Notes under the pieces: model-generated
The model's input: only the letters and a program-made list of their open reading frames with translations
The model's database searches: none
What the model was told of the DNA's origin: nothing
Made by a program: the position numbers and the translations under genes
Shown here: one piece after another, positions 30,753 through 42,032 of the stretch
Layout: each line of letters begins with the position of its first letter
How positions within the stretch are numbered: the stretch's first letter is position 1
DNA from: Diplonema japonicum
Taxonomy: Eukaryota; Protista; Euglenozoa: Diplonemea
Length of the DNA stretch: 64,000 nt
NCBI GenBank assembly: GCA_964019335.1
Contig: OZ025651.1
Coordinates: forward strand, 868,001 to 932,000
Direction: 5' to 3'

Positions 30753-33700
30753 ATGAACCCCTGCAGCGCATGCGGAAGACAAGCTACGAACTTATCACAG
30801 TGCCCATGCCTGACCGCGTGGTACTGCAATGCGATATGCCAGAGGGATCACTGGCCGTCTCATAAATTGACGTGCAAGAACAAAAAGAAGAAGTCAACAA
30901 GTGCCTGCGCCAGTTGTGGAGCGGCCACGTCCGCCCTGTTGGTGTGTGCATGTGGTGGGGTCTACTACTGCAACGCCCCCTGCCAAAAGCAGCACTGGGC
31001 TGCCCATCGGGCCACCTGCAACTACAACATGATCCGCCGCAGAGCCGAGTCCACCTCCCGCAAATCTACAGTCACCTTCGACAGCAACGGTAACACCCTG
31101 CAAGCTCCCAAGAAGCGTACTAGTAAGCCGACCGTCGACACTACAGGCTTGATGTCCCCCCGAAAGCACACACCGCGCAGCAAAGAGGACATGTTTTCAT
31201 TTCCAATAAAAGAAAAACCCGCGAGATCTCCCAGAGGCCCGGTGGTGCACGCATCAAGGACCCGATCAAAAAGGACGCCAACAAAGGAAGGTAGTACTGA
31301 ACTTCCCGAAGACAGCGACACTCCCTCTGAACGGACATACTCCACGGAGCCTGAGGCTGTTCCGAACCCGAAAGAAACAACAGAAGGGGACGCAAAACCT
31401 ATCACAAATTTGGATGCAGAAGGAAAGCAGTCTCCTGGACCATCCACCGTAGTGAAGGAAGACGAGCAGCCAAGACCTGTTGAGGCTTCTGTCCCCACAG
31501 AACCACCTGTTACTACGGTTGAGCTTCCTACCACAGAGGAGGCTGTTGATGGACCATCACAGTCGGCAACACCACCTGCGGGGGAAGAAGCAAAACCTGT
31601 TACAAATCTAGATGCAGAAGGCGAGAAGCCCCCTGGACCATCCGCTGAAGTGAAGGAAGACTCTGCAGAAGGTGGGCCCTCTGAAGAGCCATCAGGCCCT
31701 GTTGAGGCTTCTGACCCCACAGAGCCACCTGTCACTGATGCTGCTCCAAAACGGAAAGAAACAGAAGAAGACATGATAAAGTTTCCGACCACAGTGGATG
31801 GATCATCACAGTCGGCACCACCTGCGGGGGAAGAAGCAAAAACTATTACAAATTTGGATGCGGAAGGCGATCAGTCCCCTGGACCCAAAGTGAAAGAAGA
31901 CTCTTCGGAAGGCGAGCACACTTCATCAAGCCCCGTTGAGGGTTCTGATCCCACAGAACCACCTGTCACTGAGGTTGAGGTTGTTCCGAAACCAAAGAAA
32001 GCAGAAGAAGACTCAACGAAGCTTCCGACCACAGAGGAGGCTGTTGATGGACCATCACAGTCGGCAACACCACTTGCGGAAGGAGAAGCAACAGAACGGG
32101 AAGCGCAGGAGCTTGTCGCTAATATGGATGCAAAAGGCGAACAGTCCGCTGGACCCGAAGTGAAAGAAGGCTCTTTGGAAGGCGAGCAGCTCACTGAGGG
32201 AGTATTAGAACTTGCGCCACCTGACTCAACGGAGGTTCCAAAACCGATTGAAGCGGAGGAAGACAGTTTGATGAAGCACCCGGCCACAGTGGAGACTGTG
32301 GATGAGCCTGCGAGAGAAACACAAACCATCGTAAATATTGCCCCAGAAGACGATCAGTCACCTGGACCTGAATTGAAAGAAAACTCTTTGAGAAGCGAGC
32401 AGCTCACTGAGGGGTCACCAGAACATGTACCACCTGACTCAACAGAACTGGGTGAGGTTGTTTCAAAGCCGATAGAAATAAAAGGAGACAACTTGATAAA
32501 GCTGCCGGAGACAATGGATGGACCTGTGGAAGAAGAAGCAAAAACCTTGGATGCAGAACAGTCCGCTGGACCCGAAGTGAAAGAAGACTCTTTGGAAGGC
32601 GAGCAGCTCACTGAGGCACCAGAACCCGCACCCGACCCCACAGAACCACCTGTCACTGAGGTTGTTCCGAAACCGAAAGAAACAGAAGAAGACTCGACGA
32701 AGCTTCCGACCACAGAGGAGGCTGTTGATGGACCATCACAGTCGGCGACACCACCTGCGGGGGAAGAAACAAATATTGTCGCAGAAGGCGAGAAGCCCCC
32801 TGGATCATCCACTGAAGTGAAGGAAGACTCTGCCGAAGGTGAGCAGCCCTCTGAAGAGCCATCAAGCCCCGTAGAGACTTCTGACCCCACAGAGCCACCT
32901 GTCACTGAAGTTGTTGCAAAACCTGAAGAAACAGAGAAGGAAGGTACTGCCACAGAAGAATCTCATGAGCAGCAAGAGTTTGTCTCGAAGGCCGAAACTC
33001 CTGAGGAAGTGAAGGGCTCTGCTGAAGGGCTTATGGAGATTTCTCGTGACTTTGCTGACAACAATGCTACAGAAGGACTCCCAATGCCTGTTGCTGCCTC
33101 CACTGGACAGGAGAAAGAGAATCGGGCTGAAGATCCTCACGAGGAACCGCAAGCCGCACACACGGGAATAACTGAACGTACTGAGCAGGCTGACGAAATA
33201 GGTCCGACAGATGAGCCATCACCACAGAACCCAGTTCCAAAAGAGCCGAAGGAAGAAGCACAGACAGATATGATTATTCCAACAAGAGCGAGTTGTGCCT
33301 CTGCATCTAAAAAGCTAGAAGAAGAGTCAGAGCCAGCAGCACAGGAAGCAACAACAGAGGAACCGGATGCCACGCAGCCAGAAAAAGCGCCTTTGAACAC
33401 AACAGAAAGCAAAGACTCGGACATGGTGCATGCAGACAAGCCTGCACAAGCGGAAGGACCCACAACTGCCGGGCGGGTGTCTGTGGAGGAGGGATTAAAG
33501 GTGCATGAGCCTGCTGCAGCTGAAGAGTCGCGAACAATGCGAAAGCCAACTGAAATATGGACGCCATTAAAAGAAGCTGCACTATCCACGGAGGAGCCTG
33601 TGTCAGATACAGAACTAGAAAACGTAGTCATGTTGCCTGCAGCAAGGGTGGCACGTGAGCCTGAACCCTTGGAAATACTGGATCTGAGTATGAAAACAAC

Positions 33701-35669
33701 AAAACCTGTAGAGGGGCATGCATTGGCATTGGAACCTAAGGAGCACACCTCCACAGATAGACCAGTCGCTCCTGAAGCTGCAGCCACGGTTTCAAAGACT
33801 GCAGAAGCGTGCACAGTGTCAACGCCAGGGCCTCCTGCTGGTCAGGTGTCGGTTGAAGTGTCTGAAGAAACTGAGGCCACCCCCATAGCACCTGTGTCAA
33901 CGGGGCCCGAAGTAGCAGGGTCGGGACCAACCCCTGAAGTGGATGGTCATGAATTAAGTAAAGTACGGGCAAATGGGGAGCAACACCTCGCAACGGCAGA
34001 GGAGCTACCTACTGTTCCAGTGACACAGGAACCTGTACGATCAGAGGAACCTGGAGGGTCTGTGGCAGAAGAGACAGCAATCCCTGACGCAGAAGAACCT
34101 GTGCAATCGCTTTCAGCGACCACAGAACCACAACAAGCTCCTCAGATGGCACAGGAACGTGTACCAGTGGAAACGACAGAACTTGGCGGGGGCATCCCTG
34201 CGGGGCTTCCAGCTGCAGATGCAGTACCTGAACCTAGGCCGGCATCTACATCTTGCCCTGTGTCAGAAGAGTCAACCCCTGAAGCTGCACCCGTACAGAC
34301 AATGGAACCACCTAGCGAGTTGCCAGAAAAAGAACCAACAATGCCGAAGCCAGAGCCGACACGTGAGGATGCCTCTGCAGGGCTTTCGGCTGCTGATGCG
34401 GTGAGGTCTGGACCAGGTGCCACAGAAGAGACTGCAACCCCAGAAGCTACCGAACCTGTGCAAGCAACGACTGTGGGACCGCCTGCTGAGGTGCCGCATG
34501 AATCTGAATTGTCAGCGAAGGCCTCGGAGGGCACAGGGGGTGCAGATGGACAGGAACCACAGCAACTTGTCGCAAATAGCGATCTTCCCGAAGTCAAAGA
34601 CTCTGCTGAAGTTGAGCCCACAAAAGAACCATCAGGCCCTGAGGCTTCCTACCCCACACCACCTGTCACGGAGGTTCCGAACCCGAAAGAAGAAAACTCG
34701 ACGAAGCTTCCGACCACAGTGGATGGATCATCACAGTCGGCACCACCTGCGGGGGAAGAAGCAAAAACTATTACAAATTTGGATGCGGAAGGCGATCAGT
34801 CCCCTGGACCCAAAGTGAAAGAAGACTCTTCGGAAGGCGAGCACACTTCATCAAGCCCCGTTGAGGGTTCTGATCCCACAGAACCACCTGTCACTGAGGT
34901 TGAGGTTGTTCCGAAATCAAAAGAAACAGAAGAAGACTCGACGAAGCTTCCGACCACAGAGGAGGCTGTTGATGGACCATCACAGTCGGCAACACCACCT
35001 GCGGGGGAAGAAACAAAATCTATGACAAATTTGGATGCAGAAGGCGGGAAGTCCCCTGGACCATCCACTGAAGTGAAAGAAGATTTTGCGGAAGGTGGGC
35101 AGCCCACTGAAAAGCCATCAAGCCCTGTCGAGGAGGCTGTTGATGGACCATCACAGTCGGCACCACCTGTGGAGGAAGCAGCAAAACATATTACAAATAT
35201 GGATGCAGAAGGCGAACAGTTTATTGGACCCGAAGTGAAAGAAGACTCTTCGGAAGGCGAGCAGCCCACTTCATCAAGCCCCGTTGAGGGTTCTGATGCC
35301 ACAGTCCAACAGGTGGGTGGACCATCACAGTCGACATCACCACTTGTGGAGGAGGAAAAAGAGGCAGGAATTATCGCAAATCCGCCATCTGATCATAAAC
35401 CCAAGAGATCTTTGGTAAAGCAAACAGCAGAAGAAGAAAATGCTTCAAACGAGCGACGAAGAGTGATGGAGGAAGAGGAACACGACAGGAACACAGTGGA
35501 AGAACAACAGGCAAGGGAGCTACCTATCCCCGCGGCACTGCGAATTGTATTGCTGCTGGAGACAAAAGTACGAAGCAAAGTGCATGCTCTAGCAGCTGAG
35601 ACAAGGTACAGAATGGAAGTGAAATGGAAACGTAGACTCATATCCATCTTGAGAGGTGCACGTCGATGA
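30753..35669 (+). CDS. Double MYND-type zinc-finger protein with long acidic internal repeats
   Basis: CSAC..CPC..YCNAICQRDHWPSHKLTC and CASC..CAC..YCNAPCQKQHWAAHRATC; repeats such as PTTEEAVDGPSQSATPPAGEE/DPTEPPVTEV. Confidence 0.85.
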   Translation: MNPCSACGRQATNLSQCPCLTAWYCNAICQRDHWPSHKLTCKNKKKKSTSACASCGAATSALLVCACGGVYYCNAPCQKQHWAAHRATCNYNMIRRRAESTSRKSTVTFDSNGNTLQAPKKRTSKPTVDTTGLMSPRKHTPRSKEDMFSFPIKEKPARSPRGPVVHASRTRSKRTPTKEGSTELPEDSDTPSERTYSTEPEAVPNPKETTEGDAKPITNLDAEGKQSPGPSTVVKEDEQPRPVEASVPTEPPVTTVELPTTEEAVDGPSQSATPPAGEEAKPVTNLDAEGEKPPGPSAEVKEDSAEGGPSEEPSGPVEASDPTEPPVTDAAPKRKETEEDMIKFPTTVDGSSQSAPPAGEEAKTITNLDAEGDQSPGPKVKEDSSEGEHTSSSPVEGSDPTEPPVTEVEVVPKPKKAEEDSTKLPTTEEAVDGPSQSATPLAEGEATEREAQELVANMDAKGEQSAGPEVKEGSLEGEQLTEGVLELAPPDSTEVPKPIEAEEDSLMKHPATVETVDEPARETQTIVNIAPEDDQSPGPELKENSLRSEQLTEGSPEHVPPDSTELGEVVSKPIEIKGDNLIKLPETMDGPVEEEAKTLDAEQSAGPEVKEDSLEGEQLTEAPEPAPDPTEPPVTEVVPKPKETEEDSTKLPTTEEAVDGPSQSATPPAGEETNIVAEGEKPPGSSTEVKEDSAEGEQPSEEPSSPVETSDPTEPPVTEVVAKPEETEKEGTATEESHEQQEFVSKAETPEEVKGSAEGLMEISRDFADNNATEGLPMPVAASTGQEKENRAEDPHEEPQAAHTGITERTEQADEIGPTDEPSPQNPVPKEPKEEAQTDMIIPTRASCASASKKLEEESEPAAQEATTEEPDATQPEKAPLNTTESKDSDMVHADKPAQAEGPTTAGRVSVEEGLKVHEPAAAEESRTMRKPTEIWTPLKEAALSTEEPVSDTELENVVMLPAARVAREPEPLEILDLSMKTTKPVEGHALALEPKEHTSTDRPVAPEAAATVSKTAEACTVSTPGPPAGQVSVEVSEETEATPIAPVSTGPEVAGSGPTPEVDGHELSKVRANGEQHLATAEELPTVPVTQEPVRSEEPGGSVAEETAIPDAEEPVQSLSATTEPQQAPQMAQERVPVETTELGGGIPAGLPAADAVPEPRPASTSCPVSEESTPEAAPVQTMEPPSELPEKEPTMPKPEPTREDASAGLSAADAVRSGPGATEETATPEATEPVQATTVGPPAEVPHESELSAKASEGTGGADGQEPQQLVANSDLPEVKDSAEVEPTKEPSGPEASYPTPPVTEVPNPKEENSTKLPTTVDGSSQSAPPAGEEAKTITNLDAEGDQSPGPKVKEDSSEGEHTSSSPVEGSDPTEPPVTEVEVVPKSKETEEDSTKLPTTEEAVDGPSQSATPPAGEETKSMTNLDAEGGKSPGPSTEVKEDFAEGGQPTEKPSSPVEEAVDGPSQSAPPVEEAAKHITNMDAEGEQFIGPEVKEDSSEGEQPTSSSPVEGSDATVQQVGGPSQSTSPLVEEEKEAGIIANPPSDHKPKRSLVKQTAEEENASNERRRVMEEEEHDRNTVEEQQARELPIPAALRIVLLLETKVRSKVHALAAETRYRMEVKWKRRLISILRGARR
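31779..35005 (+). repeat. Intragenic near-identical repeat pair (about 31779-32072 and 34704-34997) plus diverged copies
   Basis: About 200 nt essentially identical (ccgaccacagtggatggatcatcacag...gttgttccgaaa). Confidence 0.85.
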
Positions 35670-36306
35670 AGGTAGAAGGGTGGAGGGGGTAGGGGTGGAA
35701 AATAAACGACATTGTTTACGCAAAAAAAAAAATCTTTTCCCCCCCCGAAAAATGAGTCAGTACTTAGCATTTGTTTGTGCACACAGTGCGTACCTAATCC
35801 TTAGACAAGTACTGCATGCTGCCGCAGTTTCTTCGCAGTACTTGTTAAGCACAAAGAAAAGTTTGAAATGAGAAAATTGCTGAAACTATGTTATAAAAAA
35901 AAGAAGAAGTATTCTCTGGGGACGCGGCATTTATATGCTAGCGCGTTTCTTATGTTATATATGGCTCTAACTTTTTTATTTTCTCACTTTTTTCTTTTTC
36001 CTCGTTGTGGTCCCTCCGCTCTGTCTGCTGTCCTCTCTCCCTGTTGTGTGCTCGCGATTTTTACTCTGTTGTTCATAGAGCTCTACACATTTAATTATCC
36101 CCCCCCTTCTCCCCCCCGAACACACTAAAGGAAGGGGGAACAACAAAAAAAAAAAGAAAAAATAGAAAAAAAATAAAAAAAGGCCTGATGCAGAGCACAT
36201 AGAGAACAAAAATACAAACAACGATTACTGGTTCTTCTTCGTCTCGGACAACGAACAAGAAAAAAGAAGAAAAAAAACACAAAAAATAGAAGCCTAAAAA
36301 GACGGT

Positions 36307-39300
36307 ATGAAGGCAATGCGGCTATGGATGGTGTTGGTGCTGGTTACGCAGGTGGACTGTGCTTGCCAGTACTTTGCAGAGAGCACAGCTGAAACCTGTT
36401 ACGACTCTGCATCCTTCCCTATGTCCTATCCTGTGATAGAACAAGCTGAGTGCCTGAATGTGGCGAAGAACATTTTGGTAGTGACTGCGAAGACGAGTGT
36501 GGGGTTGGAAGCAGACCCTTCATGGCCTTATGGGTGCTACGTCTATACGTTGAGCAATAATGAAGTTTACTTGAATACCCCTTCGGTAACCCCCGTGGGG
36601 CAGAGGTGTGCAAAGAATGGGGCGTTGTGTGTGTGTCGTACTGCTGACTGCTTGCCGCCCACTGACGCGCCGCCTACCCCAGCGCCACCTACAGCGGTTC
36701 CAACAGACGCGCCTGCGACGGATCCACCGGCTACACCTGCACCTCCCACTGCTGTTCCTACTAATGCGCCTGCAACACCTGCACCACCTACTGCTCAGCC
36801 TACAGCTGAACCTACCGATGCGCCTGCAACACCCGCACCACCAACTGCTCAGCCTACAGCTGAGCCCACAGATGCACCTGCTACTGATGCACCGGCAACA
36901 GATCCCCCTGCCACTGACCCGCCTGCTACAAATCCGCCGGACACCGACGCTCCGGCCACCCCCGCTCCGCCTACGGCAGTGCCCACAGACGCGCCTCCGA
37001 CCCCAGCGCCACCCACAGCAGTGCCCACCGTGGCCCCGCCCACCCCCGCGCCGCCCACTGCAGTGCCTACAGACGCACCGCCAACTCCTGCACCTCCCAC
37101 TGCCGTTCCCACAGACGCTCCGGCTACTCCAGCGCCCCCCACAGCGGTGCCCACCGATGCACCTCCGACTCTGGCACCTCCTACAGCGGTGCCGACAGAC
37201 GCTCCTGCAACCCCAGCGCCCCCAACCCCCGCACCCCCAACCGCTGTGCCCACAAACCCTCCTGTTACTCCTGCGCCGCCGACGTTGATCCCAGCTACGG
37301 CAGTCCCGACAGTGGCACCGGACACTCCTGCGCCGCCTACTGCTGTACCCACGCAAGCACCTGACACGCCTGCACCACCAACAGCAACCCCGACACAAGC
37401 TCCGGATACGAACCCGCCGGACACGGCGGTCCCGACAGCTGCTCCGGACACACAGGCCCCCCCTACTGCGGTACCGACAGATGCTCCGCCGACAGCCATT
37501 CCTACAAAGGCCCCGGACACTGGTGCTCCCGATACGATGGCCCCTGCAACGAACCCACCGGACACTGTAGGGCCGACACCAGTCCCCACTCTGGATCCCA
37601 ATGTGCTGAAAAACCACGCAGCGTTGGAGGAGATAGACAAGGACCTTGCGATTGCCACTGCGGTGCTGGGCCCGTTGTCGGGACCCGCTGCACCGCAGGC
37701 AGCGATGATCGCCGTGATGCTGGACGGGACGTGCAACAGCGAAGACAAGAAACTGTCATTCGCGCTGCACCCCACTCAGATCGACCTGTACGGCAGCTAC
37801 GCAGCAGGCGCGGTGGTGGGGAACCTCGCCATCGTCATCGGCGCGGTGGCGGTGCTGTACTGCGTGCTGCACTTGATGGTTCTGTGCAAGTGCATCACGG
37901 AGACGGAACACGTCCTGGACGCACAGGGGATGATGCGCTTCCCATCCGCACCGCTCTTCATCTTGCTGTTCTTCTACCAAGGGACCTTTCTTGGTGCCTT
38001 CAGGCTGATCATATCACCTGACCCGGGATGGCTACGGTCATGGGGACTAGCTGCTGCGGGGCTTCTCATAGGAGCACCCATCTGGATCGGGTGGAAGATC
38101 AACAAGGATGTCGACAAGTTCACAAAAGACGGGAAAGGCTACTACAGAACAGACGATCAGGTTCGAGGCAAGCTCTTCAACTTCATTGTAGGCCCCGGTG
38201 AGTGGGTGTCGACGACGAAGCGGAACCACTGGGTGCAGAGGTACCAGACCATGGTGAGGTCCTTCAAGCAGAAGTACTCTTGGTTCATTGTGGGTGATTT
38301 CCTCCTAATGGCATTGATGGCGGGTGCAAGGGTTACAAACACGGACAGTTGGGTAAGGTGTGGAAACGTCCGGCTGTTCATGAGCCTCGTTAACTGGATA
38401 GCTCTGATCATAGAGGGGTACCTCTTGCCGCATGCCAGAATGCGCGACAACGTGATGGACGTCATGCGGCTGTTCATGCAAGGGTTGGGCTTGCTGTGCA
38501 TGGCGATCGGGTTTTACAGTGAAACGTATGATCACTGGGGATTCCGTGCGGCATCCCCGATCTTTATAGGGGTGATGGTGTTGATTATATTGAAGCTTGT
38601 GATGGACATGGTGACGGAGGGGTGGATCTTCTTCTCGAAACGCAGGCTTCGTTTGCAAAGGGCAACGTGGGGAGACGATGAGAACGAGCTGAAGGAGCTC
38701 GAAGACACATTCGGGCTCGAACCGGAGTTCCACAAGCTCCCTCCTGCTAAGGAGTCACAACAATCTTATTCACCCTTGCACTCCCCGAGGAACATCCTTG
38801 AATCTACGTCGGAGAGCAGCAATGTTGGGACGATCACCAATATGTCATTGTCGATCGCGCCGAAAAAGAAAGTTTCGAAGGAAGATGGCGAACTTGCTGC
38901 GACAAAGAGAAAATTCGCTGGTTCGATAATGGGAGGTGATCTTCAGCGGGCCCAGCAGGTCTACGCCGACTTAGAAGCGCTGTGTCCGGAAGGTGCTGAT
39001 ATTGCATCAAAAGTCATTTCCAGCCACATACCTGGTGTTGACGAAGACACCATTGCCGACAACCCCATTTCATACCTGCAGCTTGCAGTTCAGCAAAATA
39101 GTAGGCCGGCTTCCCCACCGCAGCCTCGGAGAGGCCTCACTTCTCGAAGGTCGAGTGTGCCTGCTACCACCGTTGGGTCTATAACTTCAGCTTCTTCTTT
39201 TTCGCACCGTTCGCAGTCTCTGTGGGAGGGCGATGGGTCTGACTCCCCACAACCTAGAAGAATCGCTGGTTTGCGGCCGAAAGGGCGGGGTTTACCCACT

Positions 39301-39351
39301 AGAGGATCCTCGCCTGCTAGCTCGTCACCTATTGCTCACGAGCATGTTTGA
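36307..39351 (+). CDS. Signal peptide + Cys-rich domain + PT/mucin-like repeat + multi-pass membrane protein
   Basis: MKAMRLWMVLVLVTQ signal; PSWPYGCY..CVC; tandem TPAPPTAVPTDAP; ALHPTQI..GAVVGN..RFPS..YQG multi-TM domain; Ser-rich tail. Confidence 0.85.
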   Translation: MKAMRLWMVLVLVTQVDCACQYFAESTAETCYDSASFPMSYPVIEQAECLNVAKNILVVTAKTSVGLEADPSWPYGCYVYTLSNNEVYLNTPSVTPVGQRCAKNGALCVCRTADCLPPTDAPPTPAPPTAVPTDAPATDPPATPAPPTAVPTNAPATPAPPTAQPTAEPTDAPATPAPPTAQPTAEPTDAPATDAPATDPPATDPPATNPPDTDAPATPAPPTAVPTDAPPTPAPPTAVPTVAPPTPAPPTAVPTDAPPTPAPPTAVPTDAPATPAPPTAVPTDAPPTLAPPTAVPTDAPATPAPPTPAPPTAVPTNPPVTPAPPTLIPATAVPTVAPDTPAPPTAVPTQAPDTPAPPTATPTQAPDTNPPDTAVPTAAPDTQAPPTAVPTDAPPTAIPTKAPDTGAPDTMAPATNPPDTVGPTPVPTLDPNVLKNHAALEEIDKDLAIATAVLGPLSGPAAPQAAMIAVMLDGTCNSEDKKLSFALHPTQIDLYGSYAAGAVVGNLAIVIGAVAVLYCVLHLMVLCKCITETEHVLDAQGMMRFPSAPLFILLFFYQGTFLGAFRLIISPDPGWLRSWGLAAAGLLIGAPIWIGWKINKDVDKFTKDGKGYYRTDDQVRGKLFNFIVGPGEWVSTTKRNHWVQRYQTMVRSFKQKYSWFIVGDFLLMALMAGARVTNTDSWVRCGNVRLFMSLVNWIALIIEGYLLPHARMRDNVMDVMRLFMQGLGLLCMAIGFYSETYDHWGFRAASPIFIGVMVLIILKLVMDMVTEGWIFFSKRRLRLQRATWGDDENELKELEDTFGLEPEFHKLPPAKESQQSYSPLHSPRNILESTSESSNVGTITNMSLSIAPKKKVSKEDGELAATKRKFAGSIMGGDLQRAQQVYADLEALCPEGADIASKVISSHIPGVDEDTIADNPISYLQLAVQQNSRPASPPQPRRGLTSRRSSVPATTVGSITSASSFSHRSQSLWEGDGSDSPQPRRIAGLRPKGRGLPTRGSSPASSSPIAHEHV
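36655..37590 (+). repeat. Coding PT repeat (TPAPPTAVPTDAP)n
   Basis: Tandem peptide repeat with synonymous divergence. Confidence 0.9.
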
Positions 39352-39633
39352 AAAAAAAAAAAAAGAAAGAAAGAAAAAAAAAAAAAAAAAGAAAATATGC
39401 GTAAAAGGAGGAAAAAAAAGAAAGAAAGTGGGTGGGCAACTTTTTTTTTTTTTTTTTTCTTGGCAGCTGGAAAAGCTAACAGAAAAAAAAGAAAAAGAAA
39501 AAAGAATGAAAACAAATTGACTGTAAAAAGCAAGAAAAAAAAATCCCCCCAACTTGGTACGAAAACTTCGGTACGCCCTGCTTTTATTATTCTTTTTTTT
39601 TTTTTTTGGTGCCAATGCTGTTTTTTTTTTTCC

Positions 39634-40310
39634 CACTACCTGCTGGAAGTGGTGGCAAAACGGGACCAGCTTCTCCAGGACAAGAGAAAGCTAGAAACGT
39701 ACACGACGCACCCCTGGGAACAGATAACGGAAGGAAACGCTCATGCGCCACCTGAATGGAAGGAGCTGAGGAAGCATGTGAGCGGGAGCCGATGATGAAG
39801 CACGGTGAAGACATCGTCAAGTGGCTCAAAAAGCTGAAGTGGTACGATGGACCGAGGAAGACGACAGTCACCACAATGGAACTCGTACTAGACTTCGAGA
39901 ACACGCTGGGCGTCGAGCCGATCACGGGGAAGAAGGGTGATCTAGACATGATACAGAAGAAAGCGCGGAGTTTCCACGGCCTCCTGGAAAGAATCCAAGA
40001 AGGGTGGGACACAGCACGCATACAGAAGAAGGTCAGAGGCAAGCGGATCTTCCCAGCGGAGAGCAAGAAGAACCACGCGCTTAGAACCATAGGTGCGAAG
40101 AAGAGTCTGGGATGGAACAGAAGGCCAGTTTTTGCATCAGAGAAAACCAAGAAGGACCTTAAGAAACTGGGCAGAAAGTGGCAAGAAGAAAGGGAGGATA
40201 CTTTGAGGAAGGCAACACAGCCAAAAAAGAAAGAAAGGCCGAGGCCCCAGAAGGGAGAAAGGGGTAGATAAGTAGAGACAAGGGGGACGTTCCAAAACAG
40301 GAACCTCCTT
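39634..40310 (+). mobile_element. 5'-truncated non-LTR retrotransposon (C-terminal ORF remnant, frameshifted)
   Basis: IVKWLKKLKW..VTTMELVLDFENTLG..ALRTIG..GWNRRPVF resembles C-termini of protist LINE ORFs; frame break near 39790; 3' hairpin 40281-40310. Confidence 0.5.
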
Positions 40311-40636
40311 TATCTCATCTCTTTTTTTTTTTTCCCTTTCTCTTCTCTCCTTCTTTTTCTTCCCGGTGATCTGAATTCTTTGAAATCTTTTGAACTTAAA
40401 ATAATGGTATGCATGCCCTTCTCACTTCCCTCTTCCCCCCCCCTTTTTTTTGCGAAACCGAAAAGAAAATGCCGGAAAACAGTTTCAAAGGCACTTGCTT
40501 TTTTTATACTCCTTTGCGTGAAATGATAAAAAAGGTAATCTTTTTTTTCTTTTTTTTTTGAATGTAAGGAAAGGGGGGGAGGGGGAATAAAACGTGCCTC
40601 TTGGTTGATGACCCATTATGTGTCGAGTCGTGCGGC

Positions 40637-40669
<33 letters not shown>

Positions 40670-41052
40670 ACGCCAGCTAGCTGGTCCCCTTTTAACCTTG
40701 AACAACAGTTTCTTTCTTTTTTTTTTTTCTTTTTTTCTCCTTCCAATGTTTACCCTGTAGGAGGGGGAAAAGGATTTAAATTGTCGAGGCGTATTTTTAG
40801 AGACTAAATAAACACTTTAAAAAATCTTTTTTGCATGAAAACACGAAAAATGTGTCCTCTCATTTTCCACTAGTTCCTTGTTCTAGCGCTTCTTCCTAGA
40901 TTCCACTAGATGGATTTGCCCACACACGCACACTGCGTCCGGTTCCTCTTTTATACAGTCGAGGAAACCGTTTTTTTTTTTTTTTTTTTTTTTTTTTGCG
41001 GGCCGTTGCTAACCACTTCGTTCCTATCATAGTGAATTTTTTTCTTTTCAAG

Positions 41053-41092
41053 GCGATCCTGTCACATGCTGCAGGTTCCCTTCAAAAACATC
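41053..41092 (+). repeat. Dispersed repeat family B, copy 2
   Basis: Near-identical to 20023-20062. Confidence 0.8.
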
Positions 41093-42001
41093 TTTTTTAA
41101 ACAAAGCCCCATTTTTTTTTTGTTTTTTGTTTGGTCTAAAAATACTAGTAGTCAATATCCCCCCCCCCTTTTTTTTACAACGTTACTTTCCAATGTGGTG
41201 AAGCAAGCCTGTCACGAAGTTTGTTTGCTGGTCAACAAAAAAAAAAAAACTTTTTCCATTCTTTCCCTTTCAAGAATAAGAATTTTTTTTCTGCAGAAAT
41301 TTAGAAGGAATTTTTTTTCCCCCCCGTCATCCCATCGAGGATGATTAGGTTAAGACGAAAAAAAAAAAAAAAAAAAAAAGAAGTCTTTTGACTTGTCGAA
41401 ACAAAAGGGGGGCGTTGGCTGCTGTGTTTTACGGGTTAATAACACTTCTTTTTAGTTTCTACCCGGCACGAGCAAACAACGGCCAGTTCCTTTTTTTTTT
41501 TTTTTTTTTTTTTTTTTGAACAGATGCAAGTCTCCTTTGTTTGTTTTGTTTTGTCCATAATCTTGATACCCCCCCCCCCCCCCCACTCCCTCCTTTTTTT
41601 TTCTCTGAGATTTAACACTGTGCTGCGGGTTATAAAAAAAAATCTGCTAGAGTGCGCAAACCACCGAGTGTCAATCAATAGTTTTTTTCCCTTTCCCTTT
41701 CCCTTTCCTTTAGCTTGTTGCTCACAAACAATGAACAACTTGCCTATTTTTGCTTTTTTAAAGATGGACTCGTTGTCTCTCTTTTCCCCACCCCCCTTTT
41801 TTTCCCCCTCGTCCTCCCTCGATCGGTGTTGGTTCATTGTCGCAGCAACAAAAAGAAAAGGGGGGGGAGGGGGAATACAATCAAGCACACACAATGGGTT
41901 ATCCACCCCACCCCACTCTGAAATGAAACACAGAAGTTAGGGGGGGGGGGGGGGGGGGGAACAAAGAAATAGAACAGAAAAAAAAGAATTCGAGGGATAG
42001 C

Positions 42002-42032
<31 letters not shown>

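Noticed and set aside
31380-35340. CRISPR-like or satellite interpretation of the repeats
   Set aside because: In-frame coding repeats with no repeat-spacer structure; eukaryotic context
35670-35900. Additional 3' exons for the MYND gene
   Set aside because: Some coding-like sequence, but I could not define a convincing GT-AG junction set
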